NCBI GenBank assembly: GCA_037442745.1
Contig: JBBIPP010000009.1
Location: forward strand, 1 to 64,000
From: an archaeon
GTDB taxonomy: Archaea; SpSt-1190; DYHY01
Reading direction: 5' to 3'
DNA: 64,000 nt
This document shows positions 39,294-47,944 of this stretch, in pieces; positions within the stretch are counted from its first letter, which is position 1; each line of letters starts with the position of its first letter. Position numbers and translations under genes: made by a program. Below the pieces are notes generated by a model. That model saw nothing but the letters and a program-made list of their open reading frames with translations. It was not told where the DNA came from and made no database searches.

Positions 39294-40316
39294 CTATGCT
39301 TCTTGTTCCAATTCCTTTGTGAGTTTTTCAATCTCCCGTGAAACGTTCACTTCTGAGACGGAATTAACTACTAGTTCCATGCGATCGAAAACGGAGTTGT
39401 ATCTTGCCCGCCCGGAGAATACCCTCTCCTGACCTATCAATTTCGTTGTCGCGGCATAGATTACCATCGGGTTTCCGGCGAGGTCTGAGAGCTTTTCAGC
39501 GTCTTCCGTCTTCATTCCAAGAAGGCTTTCGGCCGCCTGCTTGAAAAGAGTTGCCCGAATTGTTCCGGAGCCGTCGTCAATGAGAATGTTCAGTATCAGG
39601 GCGCGCTTTGTTTCTGTATTGTCGTGCTCGGCGCAGGTGTTAATTGACCTTCCGCACTCTTTGCAGGTTTCGTAGAAGGGGCTTCTTGTGTCGAAGAATT
39701 TCATTACATTCGCCCGGATAATTACTGGCGAGGTCTCGTTCTCTGTTAGGGAGCTGATTTCCTTCTCCTTTCCGAAAATCGGAAGGGAGCCGGCTCCCTT
39801 TGCACCGACTTCCGGAAGGGTTTTCCCCTCGCCTTCGGGGTTGAGTAGTAGCCTTGTCCTGTTCGATGCGTGGATTTCCGGGCGGCCCTCCCGGTCTGTC
39901 TTTACATATGCGTTCGATATTTGCAGTATGTCCCCGACTTGGGCGGTTTCTATGAAATTTGCAAGAACTCCCCAGAGAACTAGGCGCGTTGTCCCTGTCT
40001 CGTCAAGAATTAGGAGGTTTGCAACTTGCCCTTTCCTTCCGCCCTTGTCGAATTCTCGCTTTTCGTAGACCCGTAGAACGCGGGCTACAAGATTAACCGG
40101 GCTACCCGGCTTCAAATCCTCTATTTTGCCAACTGATTTCAGGGACGGAAGAGTCTGAATCCCGAGTTCGTTCGCAATAATATGGGCTGCTCCCAAGTCT
40201 GATACTAGGCCTGCGAGCTCTTTTTTCTTCCCGTCAATCAGGTTCATTATCTCCTCTCTTGGGAGCTGGGAATCCTCTACGAGCTTGTTCACAATTGAAT
40301 CAAAGTCTGCCTGCAT
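39294..40316 (-). CDS. rpa: Replication protein A (OB folds plus Zn-finger-like motif)
   Basis: DUF2240-like N-terminus (LAGLVSDLGAAHIIANELG), ILDETG..RLVLW, CKEC...C.EH and DDGSGTIRATLF. Confidence 0.9.
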   Translation of the reverse strand: MQADFDSIVNKLVEDSQLPREEIMNLIDGKKKELAGLVSDLGAAHIIANELGIQTLPSLKSVGKIEDLKPGSPVNLVARVLRVYEKREFDKGGRKGQVANLLILDETGTTRLVLWGVLANFIETAQVGDILQISNAYVKTDREGRPEIHASNRTRLLLNPEGEGKTLPEVGAKGAGSLPIFGKEKEISSLTENETSPVIIRANVMKFFDTRSPFYETCKECGRSINTCAEHDNTETKRALILNILIDDGSGTIRATLFKQAAESLLGMKTEDAEKLSDLAGNPMVIYAATTKLIGQERVFSGRARYNSVFDRMELVVNSVSEVNVSREIEKLTKELEQEA

Positions 40317-40430
40317 TGCCGGACGAGGGCTCGTCCGGTTTATAGGGTTTTTGAGGGCGTTTCCGGTGAATTGGGAGCAATTTGGCTAAAAAGGGCAAAA
40401 TTAAATAATAGGGTTTCCTTTTTCTCATTC

Positions 40431-40676
40431 GTGGCAGAACATTCCCCTTCGAAAAAGCGCTCTCCTGCCGAAGGAAGCGCCCTTCCCCGCGCAGGGGTTG
40501 TTAGGCTTGTGAGAAAGGGGGGGAAATTCAGGTTTGAAAAGAATGCGATTTCGGAGCTCCATTCTTTCCTTGAAGCAACGGCATCAGACATTGCAAAGCG
40601 GTCAGGAAGGCTTGCGTCTCTTGCAAAGCGGAAAACAATAACAAAGGAGGATGTTGGCTTTGCCTCGACAGAATAG
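40431..40676 (+). CDS. Archaeal histone with N-terminal extension
   Basis: LPRAGVVRL...R...LE...IA...AKRKTITKEDV aligns to HMfB without gaps. GTG 40431 lies about 25 nt after TTAAATA (40401). Confidence 0.85.
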   Translation: MAEHSPSKKRSPAEGSALPRAGVVRLVRKGGKFRFEKNAISELHSFLEATASDIAKRSGRLASLAKRKTITKEDVGFASTE

Positions 40677-41724
40677 GGCTTCCTCGCCAACCAAAGACAA
40701 GAAGAAGCTGATTGTCATTTGCATTGATAGGGATGATGATCTTGGGCGGAAAACCCGGTTCGACGGGCCGATTATAGGGGAAAAAAATGTTCTTGAAGCC
40801 GCAGTTGCCCTTTCACTTGCAGACCCTGCAGACAATGATTCTAACACAATGTTTGAGGCAATTAAGGTCGCGCGGGAGGTGTCAGGAGAAGTTGCAGTAA
40901 TTACAGGGAGCGTCAAAGTGGGCGTCGCGTCCGACAGGATTGTTGCCGAACAGCTCGAAAGCGTCCTTGACCGGGGGAAATACTCGGAGACAATTCTTGT
41001 GACTGACGGGGCGGATGACGAGCAGATTCTTCCGCTAATTCAATCTAGGACGAAAATCAGCGGAATACGCAGGCTTGTAATAAAACAGGCGGAAAGGCTT
41101 GAGAACACCTATTATACGGCAATTGACTGGTTGAAGAAAATTGCAAAAGACCCGGAAATGGCAAGGCTTGTCCTCGGGGTTCCCGGGATTGCTGCTGTAA
41201 TGCTCGCCCTTTTCGGAATGTCCGGATGGCGGATAATTTTCGGGGTTGTCGGGAGCTATCTTCTCCTGCGGGGATTCCGGCTTGAAAGCGTTCTCACAGG
41301 CTTTTTCACCGATTTTCGAACATCTTTCAAGTTCATGCGGTTCTCTTTCCTCACATATATTGTCTCAATTGTAATGATTGGGGTTGCAATATACAGGGGC
41401 CTTGCCACAATGGCCGGAAGCACGAGCATTGTGAATACGATTTTCTCCTTCCTGCACGGCTCGCTTTTCTTCCTAATGATGGCGGCAATCTCAATTGTTG
41501 TCGGGAAAACAATTGATTCCTTTCCAAATTTCTCCCTAATGCTCCACTATATCAATACAGGCGTAATTGCAGGCGTCTCAATCTGGGTTCTCAAGAGCGC
41601 ATCTAGCTACTTTTTGGAACCCACTATAGGGTTAACAAACCTTGTTACCTCTGTAATTATAGGATTAATATTCACCTTTTTAATGGAAATAATAAAAAAT
41701 GTTGCTATAAAGTGGTATTTTTAG
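40651..41724 (+). CDS. DUF373 family membrane protein
   Basis: LIVICIDRDDDLGRK, DPADNDSN, LVTDGADDE and KQAERLENTYY, followed by several TM segments. Confidence 0.9.
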   Translation: MLALPRQNRASSPTKDKKKLIVICIDRDDDLGRKTRFDGPIIGEKNVLEAAVALSLADPADNDSNTMFEAIKVAREVSGEVAVITGSVKVGVASDRIVAEQLESVLDRGKYSETILVTDGADDEQILPLIQSRTKISGIRRLVIKQAERLENTYYTAIDWLKKIAKDPEMARLVLGVPGIAAVMLALFGMSGWRIIFGVVGSYLLLRGFRLESVLTGFFTDFRTSFKFMRFSFLTYIVSIVMIGVAIYRGLATMAGSTSIVNTIFSFLHGSLFFLMMAAISIVVGKTIDSFPNFSLMLHYINTGVIAGVSIWVLKSASSYFLEPTIGLTNLVTSVIIGLIFTFLMEIIKNVAIKWYF

Positions 41725-41832
41725 TTCAATTGTTGCTTGAAAAAAATACTAACTGAATGGTTGCATCAAAACAGATATATATAAAAGATATTTATCAACG
41801 CTCTAATTGACAAAAAGGAGTGTTTATTGACA

Positions 41833-42114
41833 ATGCCCGGAATTGCGAAAAAAAACCTTGAAATAATGTTCCTTCATGACAAGCCAGCAAGAATAATTAC
41901 GAAAATGAAGGGCCAAAAGAAGTATGCGTCAGTTCTTGCAAAGGAGGTTGATTGCACATATTCCCATTGCGTCAGGATTCTCCAGGATATGAAGAAATTG
42001 GGGCTTGTGGAGTTCGAGAAAAAGGGAAGAATAAAGCACGTAATTCTTACTAAAAACGGGGAAGAAATTGCCCATTCAATGGAAGGTGTCTACATGGCTT
42101 TTGACAAAATTTAA
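41833..42114 (+). CDS. Winged-helix (MarR-like) DNA-binding protein
   Basis: KPA...YASVLAKEVDCTYSH...GLV.FEKKGRIK...LTKNG; AAGGAG RBS upstream. Confidence 0.85.
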   Translation: MPGIAKKNLEIMFLHDKPARIITKMKGQKKYASVLAKEVDCTYSHCVRILQDMKKLGLVEFEKKGRIKHVILTKNGEEIAHSMEGVYMAFDKI

Positions 42115-42119
42115 CCTTT

Positions 42120-42545
42120 TCAGGATGTTTTGAGCTTATTCTGAAGAGCTTCAGCATACTCCAGCAATCTATTGAAAATATCATCAATAACATGTTCTTT
42201 CAGCGCGTATTTAATTGAATAAACCAAATTTCCGCCTTCCGCTATGCTGTATTTTGTCTTTTTATGATCTAATAGCTTTCTTTCTTCTAACCGTCTTAAA
42301 TGTCGTCTTATTCCTGAGAGGGCTAATTTCCTTTCAAGCAATTCAAAGACCTGTTCAGCATCTAAAGACTCCTTCGAGTCGAAAACCGTTTGAAAAACTT
42401 CAACAATTCCAGTTCGATTATCTCCCGGGTTAATTAACCCTAAAGATATGCAAAATCTCCTTATTAGCGTTTTTTTGTCAATATTTTCGGGTCTTTCAAA
42501 TTTTCTAATTGTTATTTCCGCTAAAGGAAGGTCTGTTGTTGACAT
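42120..42545 (-). CDS. Conserved archaeal winged-helix protein
   Basis: PLAEITIRKFERP, FCISLGLINPGD.R and SGIRRHLRRL. Confidence 0.75.
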   Translation of the reverse strand: MSTTDLPLAEITIRKFERPENIDKKTLIRRFCISLGLINPGDNRTGIVEVFQTVFDSKESLDAEQVFELLERKLALSGIRRHLRRLEERKLLDHKKTKYSIAEGGNLVYSIKYALKEHVIDDIFNRLLEYAEALQNKLKTS

Positions 42546-42810
42546 TATAAATTATAATAAACTAATATATTTAATTATTTCTATGGCTAGATTTTTTTCA
42601 GCAAATTGCATATCAGAAAGAGAAACTATTACCGGCAATGTTGCGTTAACAGATAAATAGAGTTGTCTCAATTAGATGGGACAATGTATTCAAAAACCAG
42701 CTCTTTTAGTTGTTTAGGGGAAGTTTGGCATATAAGGGGGGTTGAACTGCAGAAATATATATTTATCTCAAAAATTCGGAAAAATAGGGAAAAGGAATTG
42801 GGGGGTTTCA

Positions 42811-43167
42811 ATGGATCCTGTTGATACCTCTCAATTTGATGAGATTGTGAAATCTGATGAAACTTTCGAGCTGGTCAAAGGAATTATCAAGGATTTTGTT
42901 GCAAAAAGCCAGCTTGAAATTGCAATTGGGATTGTTCTTGAGCTCAAAGAATCTGGTTGTTTTTCCAGATCAAGCAGGCAAAAATTCGCGTCAGAACTAA
43001 AGGTTCCGGGCCCAAGAGCAACTGTTTATCGGGTAGTCTCCGTCTTGGAAGATCTCGGAATACTTGACAGAGAGAGCAAATATTCAGGTTATTTCCTAAG
43101 CCATAATTTCTCGAACAGGTTAGAATCTTGTGCAGAAAAGTGGAGAAGATTCAGCAAAGGAACATAA
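42811..43167 (+). CDS. Hypothetical winged-helix protein
   Basis: RATVYRVVSVLEDLGIL...YFLS..FSNRL. Confidence 0.7.
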   Translation: MDPVDTSQFDEIVKSDETFELVKGIIKDFVAKSQLEIAIGIVLELKESGCFSRSSRQKFASELKVPGPRATVYRVVSVLEDLGILDRESKYSGYFLSHNFSNRLESCAEKWRRFSKGT

Positions 43168-43468
43168 ATAAAGAGGTCCTAATGTATTTTTTTGTAGAAT
43201 TTTCGAAAAATAATTCAGGGTTCAACCCGGTTTTGTCAAATAAATAAAGGTTTTCTGAGGATAATAAAATAAATAATTATTATAACTTATAATAAATTAT
43301 TAAAGAACTTTTTAGTATTAAATTTGCATATAATGTATATTATAATATAATGTTTATAATAATTATTTGAAAATAATTAGTTTGTTTTGTAATGTAAAGT
43401 TACCATTTTAAAATAGTTTTTTATTTGAAGAAAACTTTATAACCCCCGCGCCATTAACTTTTTGGAAC

Positions 43469-43541
43469 AGCCCCGTCGTCTAGCGGTCAAGGATATGGGC
43501 CTCTGGAGCCTGGGACAGCAGTTCGAATCTGCTCGGGGCTA
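43469..43541 (+). tRNA. tRNA-Gln (CTG)
   Basis: Archaeal Gln-type acceptor stem AGCCCCG/CGGGGCT, anticodon loop CTCTGGA, T-arm AGCAG-TTCGAAT-CTGCT; CTTTATAA upstream. Confidence 0.95.
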
Positions 43542-44461
43542 CTTGTTCTCCTCAAGTTAAATGGACTTTTGGTTATTTATGCACAAGTTGTCTATTTTAG
43601 GCATATTTGCCTAGCCAGACCAGATTATTTGGGCTTGTTTTCTCCAATTTATTGCCAGCTGTTTTGTATTTTTTCCAATAAATGGACTAAGAAAAGGCTT
43701 TTAGGCAAAAATCTTTTTGTTCAGTTAGTTATTATTGGTTAATTTTCTAATTAATGAAAAAACGAAACTTTTTAACCTTTTGAAGTATTTTTTGAACGTT
43801 ATAAGTGTAAATAAACTACAAAATGGTTTTTTTTAATTATTCTATTGACTAAAATCAGATTAAATTGATTTATAGGCAATTTTGTATATCCAAATAGCGA
43901 AAATGTCAAAATATTGTAAGATAGTTTTAAGAAGTTTTTTACATCCTCTTTTGAATAAATTTTGAGATATTTGTGATCTCTACTTTGCTCAATTAATATC
44001 AGTTCAACTTTAGAAAATCTACATTATTGATATTAATAACCTTATTCATATGAAAAAAATGAAAAAGTATTTATATTTAGCTTTAAAAAAAGTGCATTAA
44101 TGTTAATAACATTATTAAGAGGACTAATATTATTGATATTAATTGTTAATCTGATTATGTCAAAAAATAAAAACTCTAGATCCTCTTTTTACCCTCATTT
44201 GGCCTTAAAAACTAGTTATAATGTAAAAAATGAAGCTAATTGTGAGAGAAATGTTATATACTTGAAGTTGCAATATATTTCAGTGGGAGCGTAATGTTAG
44301 ATATGTGTTACTACCAAAAATTTTATGTAAGGGGAATGTGTGAAGTATTTCATTCTAGTAATTGTTGTTCTTTTTCATTGATTTGATATTGATATCAATG
44401 ATGTTAATGCGGTTAATAAATTAAACATATACTTTTATACTAGTTAAAGAGCCATATTAAT

Positions 44462-47188
44462 GTGTCATTTGAAAATCTTTCAGAAAAAATTCAGAAAATC
44501 CTGGTTAAGAAGGGTTTCTCAAAGCCTACTGAAATACAAAAACGTACTATAAAGTTTATTTTGGATAAAAAGCAGGTTCTTGTGATTTCTGAGACTGGAA
44601 GTGGCAAAACAGAAGCAGTAATGCTCCCTCTGCTTGATTTGGCATTGAAAAGTCCCGAAAAACGAATTTTCTGTATTTACATAACTCCTTTAAAGGCTCT
44701 AAATAGGGACATTTTTGAGCGAGTTCTTTCAATTTCTTCAGAACTCGGGCTTGATGTAGATATCCGACATGGAGATACCAGCTCGCATCAAAGACGCTTG
44801 CAACTTGTGGATCCACCCAATATATTGATAACAACTCCTGAAAGTTTCCAGGGATTCTTAATTGGAAAGAAAATGCGTGAACTTCTCAATAATTTGGAAT
44901 ATATTGTTATTGACGAAATACATGAAATAATAGGGAATAAAAGAGGAGAACAGCTATTATTTGGGTTAGAACGTTTAAAAAACATTATTAAACGAGATTT
45001 CAAGAGAATTGGAATTTCGGCAACTTTAAAAGATCCAAAAAGCATTTCTGTCTCTTTAAATGGCTCTAATAGGGAAAAACTCAATATAGTATGTGTAGAA
45101 AGTGTCAGAAAACCAAAAATTTCGATTTTTTGGCCTAATGATATTTCTGAAGAGAACGAAAATTCTGATTGGTTTTCCAATACTTTAAGGGCAATAAAAG
45201 AACTTTCAAAGGAAAAAGATGGAACTATTGTTTTTGTGAACACCAGAAATAATGCAGAAATACTTGGAGCCAAGTTGAAGGAAGGGTCATCTCGTTTTGA
45301 TGTACATCATGGCTCTCTATCAAAGGAATCCCGCTTAAATGCTGAAAAAGGGCTAAAAAATAGGGATATTGATTCAATTGTCGCAACTTCTTCCCTTGCT
45401 TTGGGAATTGATATTGGTCATGTTAGCCAAATAATACAAATAAACTCTCCACGAAGAATTGAGGCATTTATACAGAGAATTGGCAGGGCAGGGCACAGCT
45501 TACTTAAAGAGTCAAAAGGAACAATTATTGTAAGCGATGAAGATGATGCTTTAGAAGCTTGCGCAATTGCCAAACTTACACTTCTCCAAGTTCTTGAAGA
45601 AAAGCCGTTAATGGAAGGTTCCCTTGATGTTTTGGCAAATCAAATTGTTGCTATGGGATTTGAAGGGACTTGTACAAGGGATTCCGCCTTTGAAATTGCA
45701 AAAAGAGTTGTTCCCTTTTCCAAGATATCCCGGGTTAAATTCGATGATGTATTTAACCTTCTTTTGAACCTTAGATTAATAAAAATAACTGAAAATGGGA
45801 CCTATTCAATAAAAAAAGCTGCTTTTGGTTATTTTTTCTCAAATATGTCAATGATTAAAGATAGAAAGAAGTTGGAAGTAGTCAAATTCAGCAGTAGAGA
45901 AAGAATTGCCGATATTGACGAAGAATTTGCTACTGAAATTGATATTAGTTCAACTTTTGTTTGCAGAGGAAGTTATTGGCGGGTTATTTCAAAGAAAGGC
46001 CCAAAAATCTTTGTTGAGGAAGCTATTGCTGCTGAAAATGTGCCGGAGTGGGCAGGCGAGTTACTGCCTGTCGACTATATTGTTGCAAGACAAGTAAATC
46101 TAATGCGGTCCTATTGGCCAACAGTTAAAGAAGACTATTCCGTTCTTATTGACCGCTTTTCTATTGAAAAAATAACTGCTGATTATTCAAAATGCGGGCG
46201 ATTTCCAGAAAATGAGATTGGGATTGAGCTTGGACCGGATTTCTTTGTTCTTCGCAGTTTTTTCGGAAATAAAGTAAATGAAACTCTTGGACTACTTTTA
46301 TCGTCTTATTTTTCCCTTAAGGTTGGAGAATCAGTTGGTTTTAGGGCGGATGCGTATAGAATACTAATAAAATTGCCCGGAAAAGTCAATGAAGTTGAAA
46401 TATTTGACTTTTTCAAGGGGATAAATGAAAATTATCTTGAGAAAACCCTCAGAACAGTTATCCGAAACAGCACACAGTTCAAACAGAAATTCGTTCATAT
46501 TGCCAAGAAATTCGGAGTAGTTTCGGCTGACGCCGTTTTTTCAAAAATTTCGATACAAAAGCTTGTTGATGTTTATGAGGGGACTCCTGTTTTTGAAGAA
46601 ACTCTGGCTGAATATTTCTTTGAAAAAATGGACTTGAATAAAGCTAAAGTAATTATCAGAGATATTCGGGAGAAGAGAATTTCTCTGAAGACATATTCGG
46701 AAATTACACAGTTCTCAAAGCGCTTTCTTGAAAAATATTCTCCGGAACTTGTTTTTTCGGGTTTGCCTCTTGCCAAAATACACAAAATAGTCTCCAAACG
46801 CCTTGAAGAGAAAAAAATAACTCTTGCGTGCGCAACTTGCCTTGCCTGGCTCGGGCAATTCTCCGTCAAGAACGTTGATTTCAAATGCCCGTCCTGCGGA
46901 TCTGGAATGCTTGGAATACTGTCAAAAGAAAACCGTTCTTTGTTGTCCAAAAAGGATCTTAAAAGACAGGAACGAGTTGTTATTGAAAAATTCAAGAAAA
47001 CGGCGAACCTTTATCTGACATATGGAAATCGCGCGTTTTTTGTCCTTTCTGGCAATGGAATTGGACCTGAAATCGGCGGACGAATACTTGGCAAAACAGC
47101 TCTTTTGGGGAATTCTGAAGTTGTAAATGAGATAATTAATGCTGAAAAGAACTTTGCAAGAACGCGTATTTTCTGGGACAAGGTGTAG
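44462..47188 (+). CDS. lhr: Lhr-family ATP-dependent helicase with C-terminal Zn finger
   Basis: ETGSGKT, ITPLKALNRD, DEIH, SAT, HHGSLS, QRIGRAGH and CATC..CPSC. Confidence 0.95.
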   Translation: MSFENLSEKIQKILVKKGFSKPTEIQKRTIKFILDKKQVLVISETGSGKTEAVMLPLLDLALKSPEKRIFCIYITPLKALNRDIFERVLSISSELGLDVDIRHGDTSSHQRRLQLVDPPNILITTPESFQGFLIGKKMRELLNNLEYIVIDEIHEIIGNKRGEQLLFGLERLKNIIKRDFKRIGISATLKDPKSISVSLNGSNREKLNIVCVESVRKPKISIFWPNDISEENENSDWFSNTLRAIKELSKEKDGTIVFVNTRNNAEILGAKLKEGSSRFDVHHGSLSKESRLNAEKGLKNRDIDSIVATSSLALGIDIGHVSQIIQINSPRRIEAFIQRIGRAGHSLLKESKGTIIVSDEDDALEACAIAKLTLLQVLEEKPLMEGSLDVLANQIVAMGFEGTCTRDSAFEIAKRVVPFSKISRVKFDDVFNLLLNLRLIKITENGTYSIKKAAFGYFFSNMSMIKDRKKLEVVKFSSRERIADIDEEFATEIDISSTFVCRGSYWRVISKKGPKIFVEEAIAAENVPEWAGELLPVDYIVARQVNLMRSYWPTVKEDYSVLIDRFSIEKITADYSKCGRFPENEIGIELGPDFFVLRSFFGNKVNETLGLLLSSYFSLKVGESVGFRADAYRILIKLPGKVNEVEIFDFFKGINENYLEKTLRTVIRNSTQFKQKFVHIAKKFGVVSADAVFSKISIQKLVDVYEGTPVFEETLAEYFFEKMDLNKAKVIIRDIREKRISLKTYSEITQFSKRFLEKYSPELVFSGLPLAKIHKIVSKRLEEKKITLACATCLAWLGQFSVKNVDFKCPSCGSGMLGILSKENRSLLSKKDLKRQERVVIEKFKKTANLYLTYGNRAFFVLSGNGIGPEIGGRILGKTALLGNSEVVNEIINAEKNFARTRIFWDKV

Positions 47189-47386
47189 AGGATTGCTTAA
47201 AAACATGTAGTTTTTGGATAAAAATCAAAAAATTGTTGAAAAACAAGTCAGTATTTGAAGCTATTTTATTAAAAAGGGGTTGTTTTCAGATATTTTTGTT
47301 TGTTGAAAGAAGAAAAAATGTTTTTTAGGAAGTTGATTTTAATTATGCGTTTTTAATTTCTTATAATGGAATACGTTGTTTCCCTA

Positions 47387-47839
47387 TTATTCGAACTCTT
47401 CAAGAATAAGGGAAGTTATTGTCCTAGAAATTGAGTTAATGCGCCGAAGTCCTATTATGAACTCGTTCAGTTCATAGGTGCTTTTGAAGTTCGCTTTGAA
47501 TACAATGTCTGCTTCTCCTGTGACTGAAATGAAGCATTCTATTTTCCCGAGCTTCCTTACCTTCTCGGCAATTGCCCTATGGATTGTTTTTATGCTCGAA
47601 CTTTCCCGGGAGTTTTCGTTGTTCAGATTAATTGAAATAAGGGCTTTAATCGGATAACCGAGTTTTTTCCTGTCTATTTTCGCGCCGTATTTTTCCACAA
47701 TTCCCTCTTTTTTCAGTCGGGCGACAATGTTGTGAACTGTTGTTGTCGGGAGCTTTAGAAGTTCTCCGATTTCCCGGTTTGTCAGGGAAGAGTCCTTCTC
47801 GAGAATCTCAGCAACTGCTTCCTTTGCCCATTTGTGCAT
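47387..47839 (-). CDS. Lrp/AsnC-family transcriptional regulator
   Basis: N-terminal HTH (TTVHN.V.RLKKEGIV), ID.KKLG linker and RAM domain (VTGEAD). Confidence 0.9.
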   Translation of the reverse strand: MHKWAKEAVAEILEKDSSLTNREIGELLKLPTTTVHNIVARLKKEGIVEKYGAKIDRKKLGYPIKALISINLNNENSRESSSIKTIHRAIAEKVRKLGKIECFISVTGEADIVFKANFKSTYELNEFIIGLRRINSISRTITSLILEEFE

Positions 47840-47944
47840 CTGGTTGTCAAAAATATACAACTGGATGAGATTTTAACTTTTGCTGTTTCGGGAGGCCAGA
47901 TTGGGTTCCAGTGCCAAATCGCATGGCCCTTTGGGTCCCTGTAA

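Noticed and set aside
39004-39432. 142-aa plus-strand ORF
   Set aside because: It overlaps the rpa 3' end antisense and has no motif or clear start; at most a decayed relic.
44100-44294. 64-aa ORF in the AT-rich region
   Set aside because: Its composition simply reflects AT-rich DNA, with no supporting signals.
44405-44440. Repair-regulon motif upstream of lhr (GCGGTTAA)
   Set aside because: Poor match and 2-3 nt off the spacing, so it was not counted.
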